A DNA stretch of 64,000 bases from Chloroflexota bacterium (GCA_016191395.1 JACPOS010000009.1:102642-166641), one strand, 5' to 3'; positions 1-10,211 are shown, numbered from the stretch's first letter. The notes: generated by a model not told the origin, from the sequence alone. Numbers and translations: made by a program.

Positions 1-2
1 CC

Positions 3-524
3 CTCGCCGCGGAGGCGACGTTCATCGCCCGGTCGGTGGACACGTTCACGGAGCACATGCAGGCCACCCTCAACGCGGCCGGCAACCACCATGGCTCCAC
101 GTTCGTGGAGGTCCTCCAGAACTGCAACATCTTCAACGACGGCGCCCATCGCGAGTTCACGGATCGCGAGGTCCGCGAGGATCGCACCGTCGTCCTGGAG
201 CACGGCAAGCCGATGATCTTCGGCAAGGACCGGAACAAGGGCATCCGCCTCGCGGGCCACCAGCCGGAGGTCGTGACAATCGGCGAGAACGGCATCACCG
301 AGGCGGACATCCTCGTCCACGACGAGACCGATCCGCTCATCGCGTTCATGCTCGCGCACATCTACTGGCCGGAGTTCCCGGTGCCAGTGGGCGTGCTCCG
401 TCGCGTCTCGCGCCCCACCCATCACCAGATGCTCGTGGACCAGCTCGCCCAGGCCACCGCGACACGTGGCGCCGGCGACCTCACGAAGCTGCTCAACTCC
501 GGCGAAACCTGGAAGGTCGAATGA
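3..524 (+). CDS. korB: 2-oxoacid:ferredoxin oxidoreductase beta subunit, C-terminal part (5' end outside the window)
   Basis: Open frame from the window edge; motif ATFIARSVD...STFVEVLQNCNIFNDG and C-terminal PVPVGVL typical of OFOR beta subunits. Confidence 0.85.
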   Translation, partial: LAAEATFIARSVDTFTEHMQATLNAAGNHHGSTFVEVLQNCNIFNDGAHREFTDREVREDRTVVLEHGKPMIFGKDRNKGIRLAGHQPEVVTIGENGITEADILVHDETDPLIAFMLAHIYWPEFPVPVGVLRRVSRPTHHQMLVDQLAQATATRGAGDLTKLLNSGETWKVE

Positions 525-564
525 AGACGGACCTCACGGCGCGAACAGGCGGGATGATCGCGCC

Positions 565-1065
565 GTGATCTGCCCTGTTTGCCGCTTCGGCAACTTCCCG
601 GGCGACGACACCTGCGCCAACTGCGGCGCCGACCTCTGGAACGCGGATACGCCGCAGGGCATCACGACGTTCCGGGGGAACCTGCTGGGACTGCACCTGG
701 ACGAGCTCGGCGCGCCGGAGCCACACCTGATCGACGCCGGCGCTTCCGTCGAGGACGCGATCGGACGGATGCGCGCCGAAGGCGTCGACTGCCTGCTGGT
801 CACCGATGCCGGTGTCCTGGTCGGAATCTTCACGGACCGCGACGCGATCCTGAAGGTCGCGGGCCGGCCCATCGAGAACCGGACGGTCCGAGAGGTCATG
901 ACCCAGGACCCGGTCATCCTTCGCAGCGGCGACCCGGTCGCCGTCGCGATCCACAAGATGGCGGTGGGTGGCTTCCGGCACGTCCCGATCGTGAAGGGCG
1001 GCGTTCCCGTCGGCGTCGTGTCGGCGCGAGACGTGTTCCGGCACCTCGCGTCGGACCTTGACTGA
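565..1065 (+). CDS. Zinc-ribbon + CBS-pair protein
   Basis: CPVC...CANC N-terminus; two CBS motifs (LVGIFTDRD; GGFRHVPIV...VGVVSARD); GTG start at 565 inferred. Confidence 0.85.
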   Translation: MICPVCRFGNFPGDDTCANCGADLWNADTPQGITTFRGNLLGLHLDELGAPEPHLIDAGASVEDAIGRMRAEGVDCLLVTDAGVLVGIFTDRDAILKVAGRPIENRTVREVMTQDPVILRSGDPVAVAIHKMAVGGFRHVPIVKGGVPVGVVSARDVFRHLASDLD

Positions 1066-1438
1066 GATCGCCCAGGGCCTTCGCACGGTCGTCATCCTCG
1101 CCGACGACCTGATCTGGGCGTCACGACTCTCCGACGCGATCACCGCAGCGGGCGCAAGCCCTCGGCGTGTGCGCCGGCTCGAGGCCCTGGCGGACCTGCT
1201 CGGGCGGGACGGGGAGCCCGCCCGCCTTGCAATCGTCGACCTGACCGCACGCGCGTATGACGGCGTCGAGGCAATCCGGGTCGCCACCGGTACGGGCGCG
1301 AGGGTCGTCGCGGTGGGACAGCACGACGATGCCGCGCTTCGAGCGGCGGCGCTCGCGGCCGGTGCCGAGCGCGTGTTCACCTATCGGGGGCTGTTCGAGC
1401 ATGGCCCGCGCACCCTGGCGGCATGGCTCGCCCGGTGA
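1058..1438 (+). CDS. Single-domain, atypical response-regulator receiver-like protein
   Basis: VVILADD...LAIVDL...DGVEAIR...ALAAGA receiver pattern; coupled to both neighbours. Confidence 0.65.
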   Translation: MTEIAQGLRTVVILADDLIWASRLSDAITAAGASPRRVRRLEALADLLGRDGEPARLAIVDLTARAYDGVEAIRVATGTGARVVAVGQHDDAALRAAALAAGAERVFTYRGLFEHGPRTLAAWLAR

Positions 1439-2583
1439 CCGAGGAGGCGACGGTGGTCGCCGATCGGCTTGCGCGGACCCAGGCGGCACTCCGGTCGACC
1501 GGGGCGGTCGCGCTGCTGGCGGGTGTCGGCGCGGACCTTCGCTACCTGACCGGCTACTCGGCGCATGCCCTCGAGCGGCTGACCCTGCTGGTCCTCCCCG
1601 CGACTGGTGCCGCGACGCTGGTGGTGCCGCGTCTCGAGGCCATGGCTGCGGAAGCCTGCCCCGCGGCTGTCGCGGGTCTCGTCGACCTCGTGGCGTGGGA
1701 CGAGACCGACGATCCGTATGCGCTCGTGGCGGGTCGCCTCTCCGATGCCGGTGCATCTGGCGCCGCACGCCTGCTCGTGGATCCCGGGCTGCCGGCACGG
1801 CACCTGCTGGCGCTCGAGCGCGTGCTGCCGGGGCGGGCCTTCGGCCTGGCGACGGACGCCACCCGCGCGCTGCGCATCGTGAAGGACGCCGGTGAGATCG
1901 AGCTGCTCCGACGGGCCGCCCGTGCCGCGGATCGGGTCGTCGCGCAGATCGCTGCCGGCCGGCTCATCGGGCGCACGGAGGCGGACGTCAGCCGTGAGGT
2001 TCGCGAGCGTCTCGTGGCGGAGGGGCATGAGGCGGCCTCGTTCGCGATCGTGGGTTCCGGACCGAACTCGGCGTCGCCGCACCACGACCCGGGTGCTCGC
2101 GTGATCCGGCCGGGCGACCCGATCGTCCTGGACATCGGCGGCACGCTCTCCGGCTACGGGTCGGACATCACCCGGATGCTCTGGGTCACGGGCGGGGATC
2201 CGTCCCGCGGGCCAAGCGAGGAGTTCCTGGCCGTGTTCGACCTGGTCCGCCGGGCAAACGAGGCGGCGACGGCGGCGGTCAGGGCCGGCGTTGGGTGCGC
2301 TGCGCTCGACGAGGTGGCGCGGGAAATCATCCGCGCCGGCGGTCACGGCGATGCGTTCATCCACCGGCTGGGGCACGGGATCGGGCTCGACGCCCACGAG
2401 GAGCCGTACCTCGTGGCCGGGAGCGCCGAGGTCCTCGAGCCGGGTCACGCCTTCAGCATCGAGCCCGGGATCTATCTCGCCGGTCGATTCGGTGTGCGCC
2501 TCGAGGACATCGTCGTCTGTGCCGCCGACGGTCCGGACGTCCTCAACCGCGCGCCGCACGACCTCATGGTGGTGGACGGCTAA
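1435..2583 (+). CDS. Xaa-Pro peptidase (M24 family)
   Basis: DIGG...[34 protein letters not shown] motifs. Confidence 0.92.
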   Translation: MTEEATVVADRLARTQAALRSTGAVALLAGVGADLRYLTGYSAHALERLTLLVLPATGAATLVVPRLEAMAAEACPAAVAGLVDLVAWDETDDPYALVAGRLSDAGASGAARLLVDPGLPARHLLALERVLPGRAFGLATDATRALRIVKDAGEIELLRRAARAADRVVAQIAAGRLIGRTEADVSREVRERLVAEGHEAASFAIVGSGPNSASPHHDPGARVIRPGDPIVLDIGGTLSGYGSDITRMLWVTGGDPSRGPSEEFLAVFDLVRRANEAATAAVRAGVGCAALDEVAREIIRAGGHGDAFIHRLGHGIGLDAHEEPYLVAGSAEVLEPGHAFSIEPGIYLAGRFGVRLEDIVVCAADGPDVLNRAPHDLMVVDG

Positions 2584-2819
2584 GCCTTCGGCGACGCGGG
2601 GTATCATCCCGCCACGGGCACCTGCCCTCGCGAAATCCTCTCGTTAGGCCCGCACATGAGCACGATCTTCCAGCGGCGCCTCGGCGCCGCCGCATTCGGC
2701 CGATGAGCCGACGCTGTCATCACGGCTCGCCCAGGCACGTCCCGCTGGGCCGCGTCCCGCGTCGCCCTTCGACGGCAACGCCGGAGCGCCACTCCGCGTC
2801 GGCGTTCACAGGAGAGCCG

Positions 2820-3344
2820 ATGGCTTCGGCGTCGATCGCCCAGCCCGACGTCGAACCCGTCGAGCTCACGGAGGGCCTCGAGGGGGCCGAGCAGGAGGCC
2901 ATCGAAGCGGAAGTCGCCGAGCCCGAGGTCGTCGCGCCGCCCGTGTGGCATCCGGCGGCGGCGCCCGCTGCTCCTCGAGCGCCCGAGCCGAGACCGCCCT
3001 TCCGCCCCGCACCCGCGATGGACTCACCCAGGATCCACGCCGAGGGCGAGGATGCGGCCGCCGAACGGACCGCCACCGCACCGCAGCTCCGACGGTTCAT
3101 CAAGAGTCGCGCCTACGTGCCCATGCACGAGCTGCGTCGGCGCTTCGCGATCAACGGCGGGGACGACGAGGTCACCCAGGTGGATCTGGAGCGCAAGCGC
3201 ATCTTCGTCGGCCTGCCGGAGCGGGAGGGCCGCCTCCTCGGCGAGCTCCTCCGGGCAGGCGACATTGGCTACGAGCTCTCGCTGGACCCCATCAGCCCGA
3301 TCGTGGTCGGCGTCTACCCGATGCGCCCGGTGACGCGCGTCTGA
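2820..3344 (+). CDS. Hypothetical protein (acidic/Pro-rich N-terminus, folded C-terminal domain)
   Basis: AGGAG RBS before ATG 2820; strong GC3 codon bias. Confidence 0.75.
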   Translation: MASASIAQPDVEPVELTEGLEGAEQEAIEAEVAEPEVVAPPVWHPAAAPAAPRAPEPRPPFRPAPAMDSPRIHAEGEDAAAERTATAPQLRRFIKSRAYVPMHELRRRFAINGGDDEVTQVDLERKRIFVGLPEREGRLLGELLRAGDIGYELSLDPISPIVVGVYPMRPVTRV

Positions 3345-3531
3345 GCGCTCGCGCGGCGGAAGTCGGTGCGATCGAGCAACACACGTGGCGCGCAGAGGGT
3401 CCGCAACCTTGACCACGACCTGTCAAACCTGCGACCCTCCGGTTTCGAACTTTCGTCCATACTGCGTCGCACACAGGTACTAGCAGCATCCACAGCACTG
3501 TCGGGCCAGGCCCGATCGGAGGAACCCCCGA

Positions 3532-4467
3532 GTGATCCGCAAGCGTCTCGGCCAGCTGGCCACCGCCGTTACCACCGCAGCCCTGCTCGGAGCCCTCGTG
3601 GTTGCCGCGCCGGTCAGTGCTCAAACTCCCGGCTGGACCATCCTCAACCTGCAGAAGCTTCCGCCTGTGGTCGCCGATGGCGGGGTTGCTGGATACTCCT
3701 TCACGATCAAGAACGGCGGCAAGTCGAATATCTCGGCGCTGTACCTGACCGACACGTACGTCGGCGTTCCCGTCTACTTGTCGAATAGCCGAGGCACCAC
3801 CTGCCAGCTGAGCCCGGATCTGCGGTGCGCGTTCGGCGCGCTGAACGCTGGCGCAACGATCGATGTGGTCATCGCCTACACGGTTGGCACCACGGACTTC
3901 TCGGACACCTTCAAGCTCGACTCGACCGGTGACCCGGCCGGCGGCAACAACAGCCACGGCGACAGCTTCCTGAAGAGCGTGACGACCACCGTCTCGACCA
4001 ACCCGAACTTCGACGGTGGGTTCACGACGTCCAGTTCCCAGGTGCTCTCGACGAACCAGACGCTCGGCAATGGCAACAAGCAGTCAACGAGCCTCGTCTC
4101 GCCCGCGTCCCTCATCCCGGCCACGATCGAGGACGGGATCACCACCGGCGTCCCGTGCTCCATCTCGCAGTGCACGCACCTGATCGGTGAGTGGTCCAAC
4201 CTGAGCGTAAACGGTGGCGCGACCTACGGGATCGCGTTCAAGGTCACGATCATGGTCTGGGGCGGTGCGGTGCCCGGCGGTGTCACGGCGGCGGACATCT
4301 TCGTCCTCCACACCCGCGACAACGGCACCACGTACCCGATCACCACGGCCTGCAACTCGGCGACCGCGCCGACGAACGCCGAGTGCATCACGGTCACCAA
4401 GGTTGGCAACAACTTCAAGATCGTGGCTTGGCTGTTCTCGAACGGGAACCTGCGGGGCGGGTACTAA
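3532..4467 (+). CDS. Secreted beta-rich protein (DUF11/Ig-like N-terminal part)
   Basis: GGAGG RBS; signal peptide ending APVSA-Q; YSFTIKNGG...CAFGALNAGAT pattern; Thr/Ser/Asn-rich. Confidence 0.75.
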   Translation: MIRKRLGQLATAVTTAALLGALVVAAPVSAQTPGWTILNLQKLPPVVADGGVAGYSFTIKNGGKSNISALYLTDTYVGVPVYLSNSRGTTCQLSPDLRCAFGALNAGATIDVVIAYTVGTTDFSDTFKLDSTGDPAGGNNSHGDSFLKSVTTTVSTNPNFDGGFTTSSSQVLSTNQTLGNGNKQSTSLVSPASLIPATIEDGITTGVPCSISQCTHLIGEWSNLSVNGGATYGIAFKVTIMVWGGAVPGGVTAADIFVLHTRDNGTTYPITTACNSATAPTNAECITVTKVGNNFKIVAWLFSNGNLRGGY

Positions 4468-7400
4468 CCGGCGGCAATATGCGACGGCGCGATCCTTCGC
4501 GCCGTCGCACGATCTCCCTTCGCATCCAGAAGCGCGAGCGCGTCCGAGAGGGCCGCTCGCGCTTCTTTGCTCCAGCCCGCACGTGAGCGAACGAACGCGA
4601 GCGCGATGAGCGCGTCGGCGTGGAGGCCCACCTCTTCGGTCATTGCCGCCGCTGCGACGCCCGCCTCGGCAAGCTCGATCGCGGCCGTGATATCGCCGAT
4701 CACCGCCTGGACACGTGCGGCAGTCGCGCGCCACAGCACCTGCGAGACCACGTCGTCCTCGTCTGCCAGCGACCTGGCGATCGCCGAGAAGCGGTCGGCG
4801 TCCTCGAGCTCACCCAACTCCCAATGGGCCTCGCCGAGCATCGCCGCAACGGTCGAGCGCAGATACACCTCGCCGAGCGCCTCGAGCGCGTCGTAGTCCC
4901 GCCGGAGCTCGCGCACCGCGGCGGCTGCGTCGCCGGCAAGGAGCTCAACGGCACCGGAATCGATGGAGGTGGAGCTCGCGTCGATCCCCGAGCCGAGCTC
5001 GTTGAGGATCTCTTGGGCGCGGCGGTAGCTGGTCCGTGCCTCGTCGAATGACTCGTCCATTGCCTGCAGCTGCGCGAGGGCGCCGAGCAGGATTGCCTCG
5101 GTCTTTCGATCACCGGTGACGCCGGCGAGCATCTCGCGCAGCTGCGCCAGCGCCTCATCGACCGGAGCCGGTCCGTGGACCAGGATGTTGGCGATCGGCG
5201 CGACGCTCCGCGAGACGAGGCGCTCGTCGTTCGCCTTCCGCGCGTGGTCGACGATCCGGACGGATGCCGTGGTCGCGTCGGTGAAGTGCCCGAGCATCAC
5301 GTGGCTGTACATCTCCAGCCGTGCGGCTCTGGCCAGCCCGGCATCGTCGCCCGCCTGCTCCAGAACGGGTGTCGCTGCCGCAACGGCCTCGAGCGACCGG
5401 TTCGCGACCCCGGCGCCGCCCACGAACATTGCCCGACCCGCCTCGAGGAGGTCGACGCGCGCCTGCAGCCGAATGTCGCCGATCCCGGTCGCGGCGGCCC
5501 GGGCGTCGTCGAGCACCTGCTTGCAGTCGTCGAACGCACCCTGCTGGAGGAATGCGTCGGCGAGATCGACCAGCAGCTCGATCCTCACGGGCGACGTGTC
5601 GGGCAGCAGCGCGGCGGACCGTCGAAGCAGCCCGGTGGCCGCCGGCAGGTCGCCGCGGGTCAGCGCGCGGCGCCCGGCCGAGGAGAGCTTCTCCGCCGCT
5701 CGCTGGCCCACCTCCTGCGCCTCGGCGTCCATGACCCCGAGGCTCGTCCGGTACTGGTAGGCCTGCTCCAGGTGGAAGCCCAGGATCTCCTCGAACTCCA
5801 GCTCGCGACCGCGCTCGCGGTTCACGCGCTCTGCCCAGGTCACGAAGCGCTCGTGGAGCGCAGCCCGAGCCCGCTTGAGCAGGCTCCCGTAGGCGGTGTC
5901 GCGGATGATCTGGTGGCCGAAGCGATAGATCGTCTCGTCCTCCGGCAGGCGCCGGACGAACTGCTTGGTGACGAGGCCGTTGAGGTCGTCGGCGAGCCGC
6001 GGCCGAACCGGCTCGTCCACGAGCTCCGACACCGCCTCCATCGGGAACGACAGGCCGATGACCGACGCCGGATCGACGACCGCGCGCTCCTCTGCCTGCA
6101 GGGCATCGAGGCGCGACGCCACGAGCGCCTGCACGGTGGGCGGGATCTGCAGCTTGTCCGAGCCCTCCCGGGCGACCCAGCCCTCCATCCCGCGCTGGAT
6201 GGCGCCGGTCTCCACGAGCATGGAGACCATCTGCTCCACGTACAGCGGGTTGCCTTCCGCGGCCTGCGCGATCCGGCGCCGAACGCTCTCGTCCAGCGCA
6301 CCGAGCAGCTCCTCGACGATCTTCCCGGCGTCCGCCTCGCTCAGCGGCTCCAGCTTGATCAGCAGGCCTTCGTGGCCCTCGGACCACTCGGCGTGTCGCT
6401 CGGCGATCTCGTGGCGGGCCGAGCCGAGCACGAGGAGCGACGAGTCCTGCATCGACTCCAGCAGGTAGTCCAGGAAGTCGAGGAACGTGGCCTCCGCCCA
6501 GTGGAGGTCATCGACGAGCATCACCACTGGCCGCTCGGAGGCGAGCACCTCCAGGAACCGGCGCCCACCCCACATCAGCTCGGCGACCGGGAACTGGGCG
6601 GCGCTCAGGTTCATGGCCGCGGCGACGCGCTCCACGATCGCCTCCCGCTCGTGCGCGAGCGGCGACTTCCCGACGAGCAGGTCGATGCGCCGGACGGCGA
6701 TGCGCGGGTTGTCCTCGGCAGTGATCCCGGCCGCCTCGCGGACCACCTCGCCGAGCGGCCAGAACGTGATGCCCTCGCCGTACGGCAGGCATCGGCCGCG
6801 CACGAGCCGGGCCTGCTCCGCCGCCCGGCTCGCGAACTCCCGGATCAGCCTGGACTTGCCGACGCCGGCGTCGCCGACGACGGTGATGAGCTGCGCATGG
6901 TGGTCGCCGATGGCGGAGCTGAGGGCGCCGGAGAGCCGCCCCATCTCCTCCTCGCGACCCACGAACGGCGTCCCGGCTGTCTGGTCCTGGGGCGGCGCCG
7001 TGGAGGCCACGGTCACGAGCCGATACGCCGGGACGGGCTCCGCCTTGCCCTTGAGGTTGAGCGGCGCCATGAACTCGACTTCGATCTTGTCGCGGGCCAG
7101 GCGATAGGTCAGGTCACCGAGGACCACCTCGCCGCTGCCCGCCGCCTGCTCCAGGCGAGCGGCCGTGTTCACCGCGTCGCCGGTCACCATCCGCTGGGCC
7201 GTCGCAGCATCCCCGGCGATGACCTCGCCGCTGTTGACCCCGATGTGGTTGCTGAGCTCGATGCCGTTGTCCGCGCGGAAGGTCGGGTTCAGGCCATCGA
7301 GTGCCGTCTGCATGTCCGCCGCCGCGCGGATCGCGCGAACGGCGTCATCCTCGTGCCGGACCGGCAGGCCGAAGACGGCCATGACGGCGTCACCAATGAA

Positions 7401-8351
7401 CTTCTCCACCGTGCCGCCGTGGCGCTCCAGCGCGATGCGCATGCCGTCGAAGTAGGCGGACATCACGTCCCGCATCGTCTCGGGACCGGGTGCCTCGCCG
7501 CTCAGGGAATGGACCTTGGGCATCGCGAACACGATCGTCACCGTGCGCCGGCTCTCGCGCGCGACGACCGTCGAGAGCGACGCGCCGCAGGTGTTGCAGT
7601 AGCGCATGGAATCCGGTGACTGGTCGCCGCAGCTGGGGCAGATGCGCATGCCCGGCTGCGCGTCGGGGACGACGGCCTCCGCCTCGCCGCTGCGCTCCCG
7701 GACGGAGACGAGCCGGAACGCGTTGAACAGCTCGTCGGAGCCCTTGGGGCTGACGGGCGGGTGGGCCTCGAACTCGGCCGCCTCGCCGACCAGGTCGCGC
7801 GTCGATTCGTGGACGAGGACCTCCATGGGCGGCGAGTTCTGCTCCATCACCGTGGAGGTGTCCACCGGCGGGCCCAGGAGCACGTGCTGGCCGCTCTCCG
7901 CCGCGCCGAACGTGACCTCGCCGGTCGCGACGCCGGTGCGCACGACGAGGCGCACGCCGTAGCCCGCGTCGAGCTCGTCGTTCAGGGTGGACAGCGCCCG
8001 CTGCGATTCGGCGGCGGCCTCCAGGGCGCGCAGCGGATCGTCGTCGTGCCGGAACGGCAGGCCGAACACCGCCACGATGGCGTCGCCGATGATCTTCTCG
8101 ATCGTCCCGCCGTGGGATTCGAACACGGCGCGCATGACGTCGAAGTAGCGGTTCAGGACCTCGCGCAGCGCCTCCGGGTCGAGCCGCTCACCGAGTGCCG
8201 TGGAGCCCTTGAGGTCGGAGGTGACGAGGGTGATGACGCGGCGAACCTCGCCCGCCGCCTCGTCCTGGACGAGCGCCGCGCCGCACATGCCGCACAGGCG
8301 GGCGTCGGCCGGATTCGTCTCGCCGCACGTCCGGCACGCCACCCCATCCAC
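4464..8351 (-). CDS. Class III nucleotide cyclase with two zinc-ribbon+cyclase units, STAND/AAA NTPase and TPR-like tail
   Basis: Two CxxC..CxxC ribbons; two EKxIGDA cyclase cores; Walker A GDAGVGKS; Walker B LVDDLHWA; GNPLYVEQ. Confidence 0.92.
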   Translation of the reverse strand: MDGVACRTCGETNPADARLCGMCGAALVQDEAAGEVRRVITLVTSDLKGSTALGERLDPEALREVLNRYFDVMRAVFESHGGTIEKIIGDAIVAVFGLPFRHDDDPLRALEAAAESQRALSTLNDELDAGYGVRLVVRTGVATGEVTFGAAESGQHVLLGPPVDTSTVMEQNSPPMEVLVHESTRDLVGEAAEFEAHPPVSPKGSDELFNAFRLVSVRERSGEAEAVVPDAQPGMRICPSCGDQSPDSMRYCNTCGASLSTVVARESRRTVTIVFAMPKVHSLSGEAPGPETMRDVMSAYFDGMRIALERHGGTVEKFIGDAVMAVFGLPVRHEDDAVRAIRAAADMQTALDGLNPTFRADNGIELSNHIGVNSGEVIAGDAATAQRMVTGDAVNTAARLEQAAGSGEVVLGDLTYRLARDKIEVEFMAPLNLKGKAEPVPAYRLVTVASTAPPQDQTAGTPFVGREEEMGRLSGALSSAIGDHHAQLITVVGDAGVGKSRLIREFASRAAEQARLVRGRCLPYGEGITFWPLGEVVREAAGITAEDNPRIAVRRIDLLVGKSPLAHEREAIVERVAAAMNLSAAQFPVAELMWGGRRFLEVLASERPVVMLVDDLHWAEATFLDFLDYLLESMQDSSLLVLGSARHEIAERHAEWSEGHEGLLIKLEPLSEADAGKIVEELLGALDESVRRRIAQAAEGNPLYVEQMVSMLVETGAIQRGMEGWVAREGSDKLQIPPTVQALVASRLDALQAEERAVVDPASVIGLSFPMEAVSELVDEPVRPRLADDLNGLVTKQFVRRLPEDETIYRFGHQIIRDTAYGSLLKRARAALHERFVTWAERVNRERGRELEFEEILGFHLEQAYQYRTSLGVMDAEAQEVGQRAAEKLSSAGRRALTRGDLPAATGLLRRSAALLPDTSPVRIELLVDLADAFLQQGAFDDCKQVLDDARAAATGIGDIRLQARVDLLEAGRAMFVGGAGVANRSLEAVAAATPVLEQAGDDAGLARAARLEMYSHVMLGHFTDATTASVRIVDHARKANDERLVSRSVAPIANILVHGPAPVDEALAQLREMLAGVTGDRKTEAILLGALAQLQAMDESFDEARTSYRRAQEILNELGSGIDASSTSIDSGAVELLAGDAAAAVRELRRDYDALEALGEVYLRSTVAAMLGEAHWELGELEDADRFSAIARSLADEDDVVSQVLWRATAARVQAVIGDITAAIELAEAGVAAAAMTEEVGLHADALIALAFVRSRAGWSKEARAALSDALALLDAKGDRATARRIAPSHIAAG

Positions 8352-8393
8352 GGGCTCAGTCTAGCCGGGGGTGCCGGCCGATCAGGCCGAGAC

Positions 8394-10178
8394 TCAGGCC
8401 TTGGCTCCGACGGCACCCTTCGGCCGGCGGCGCCGCAGGTCGCGCAGGTCGCCCTGGTCGGGCCGGGCAAGGCGGACGAGGTCGGTACTGTTCGTCCGGC
8501 CGAGCCGCTCGGTGAGCTTCTCGTTGATGAGGGTGCTGAGCTCCGGCAGCTCCATGAGCGACTTGAGCGTCGAGCTCGGGACCTCGAGCACGTCCGTCGT
8601 CTCGTCGGCGACGACGTTCGCGGTCCGGGCGCTGCCCGTCAGCGCCGCGATCTCGCCGAAGAAGTCGCCGGGACCCATCGACGAGAGGGCGCGATAGCCG
8701 TCCTGGTCGGGCACGCCCGCAACGGCCTTGCCCGCGAGCACGAAGTACGCCCGATCGCCTGGATCGCCGACCTTCAGGATTGCCTCGCCGGGCTCCGCCC
8801 GCGCGACGGTCAGGTCCTTCAGGAACCCTGCCCGGCGGTTCAGGACGATGGCCCCGATCTCGGGCATCACGGACATCAGCTTGTCGAAGTCGAGCATCGT
8901 CGCCGGACGGCCGGCGCCGATGCGGTTCGCCGACGGCGCGGTCGCCAGCAGGCGGAGCGTGCGCCGCCATTCAGCGCCGCGGCGCCCGATGCCCGGCAGC
9001 AGCTGGCCGAGGACGCCTGCCCCGACGAGGATCAGCGAGGCGATGACGATCAGGTCCCGGACCGGGTAGATGTCGGCGAGCGCCGCGCCACCCATGCCCA
9101 CGAGGAACACGACGTCGCGGGCGACGTAGAACGCCGAAAACACGCGGCCGCGCATCTCCCGTGGGATGTTCTTCTGCAGCAGGAGCCGTCGCCCGAGGCC
9201 CATCGGCGAGTTCAGGAAGCCCGTGACGGTGACCAGGACGATCGCGACCTCGATGTTCGGCGAGAGGCCGTAGAGGATCCCGAACACGCCCATCAGGAAC
9301 GTCCCGGCGACCATCCACGTTCCCTCCGCGAGCCGGTCGCCGTACCGCGCCATGACCAGGCTGCCGACCACGAACCCGACCGAGGTCACGCCCTCCTGGA
9401 GGCCGTATTCGAACTCGGTCGCCCCGAGGACGCGGATGGCCATCGGCAGGAGCAGCACGTTCCACAGCCCGAACGACAGCATGATCGGCAGGTTGATGAG
9501 GAACAGGGAGCGGAGGAGCGGCGTGCGCGCGATGTACTTGCCGCCGCTCGTGAGGTTCTCGATGACCACGCCGATGGTCGTCGACTCCTCCTGGGGCGGC
9601 GCCTTCGGCACGCGGACGAGCAGGACGAGCACGAACGAGAAGGCGAACGTGACGGCGTCGATGAAGAACGGCAGGTGGATGTCGATGCCCGCCAGGAGGC
9701 CCGCGAGCGCGAAGCCGACGGCGGTCGACCCGAACGAGCTGATCGACAGGAACGAGTTCGCCTGGGTGAGTTCCTCCTCGGACGCGATCTCGGGGAGGAT
9801 GCTCTCCCACGCGGGATCGAAGAACTGGCGCACGGTCGCCGAGAGGAAGAGGAGGCCGTACATCGCGAGCATCCCGGTGCTGTTGCCCAGCGTGATGAAC
9901 CCGATCGGGATCATCAGCACGATCAGGCCGCGCAGCAGGTCGGAGGCCAGGAGGATGTTCTTGCGGTTGAAGCGGTCGACGAAGACGCCCGCGAAGAGCC
10001 CGACGAACAGCGTGGGCAGCGCCGTCACCATGAGCACGAGGCCGACGTTCAGCGCCGAGTCCGTCAGCTTGAAGACGAGGATGCCCGCGGCAAGGTCGGT
10101 CAGCGCGCTGCCGATCGTCGACACGAGCTGCGCCGACCACATGAGCGAGAAGTCGCGCTTGCGGAAGATCTGGAACAT
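8394..10178 (-). CDS. MFS transporter fused to a C-terminal cyclic-nucleotide-binding domain
   Basis: About 12 hydrophobic segments, motif A GVFVDRFNRK; phosphate-binding cassette FFGEIAALTGSARTANV. Confidence 0.9.
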   Translation of the reverse strand: MFQIFRKRDFSLMWSAQLVSTIGSALTDLAAGILVFKLTDSALNVGLVLMVTALPTLFVGLFAGVFVDRFNRKNILLASDLLRGLIVLMIPIGFITLGNSTGMLAMYGLLFLSATVRQFFDPAWESILPEIASEEELTQANSFLSISSFGSTAVGFALAGLLAGIDIHLPFFIDAVTFAFSFVLVLLVRVPKAPPQEESTTIGVVIENLTSGGKYIARTPLLRSLFLINLPIMLSFGLWNVLLLPMAIRVLGATEFEYGLQEGVTSVGFVVGSLVMARYGDRLAEGTWMVAGTFLMGVFGILYGLSPNIEVAIVLVTVTGFLNSPMGLGRRLLLQKNIPREMRGRVFSAFYVARDVVFLVGMGGAALADIYPVRDLIVIASLILVGAGVLGQLLPGIGRRGAEWRRTLRLLATAPSANRIGAGRPATMLDFDKLMSVMPEIGAIVLNRRAGFLKDLTVARAEPGEAILKVGDPGDRAYFVLAGKAVAGVPDQDGYRALSSMGPGDFFGEIAALTGSARTANVVADETTDVLEVPSSTLKSLMELPELSTLINEKLTERLGRTNSTDLVRLARPDQGDLRDLRRRRPKGAVGAKA

Positions 10179-10211
10179 CCGAGCGAGTCTACCGGGGCCG
10201 GCAGGCGGGTT

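Noticed and set aside
2656-2706. uORF MSTIFQRRLGAAAFGR in the leader of the 2820 gene
   Set aside because: No RBS, no control-codon run, no associated terminator; likely chance
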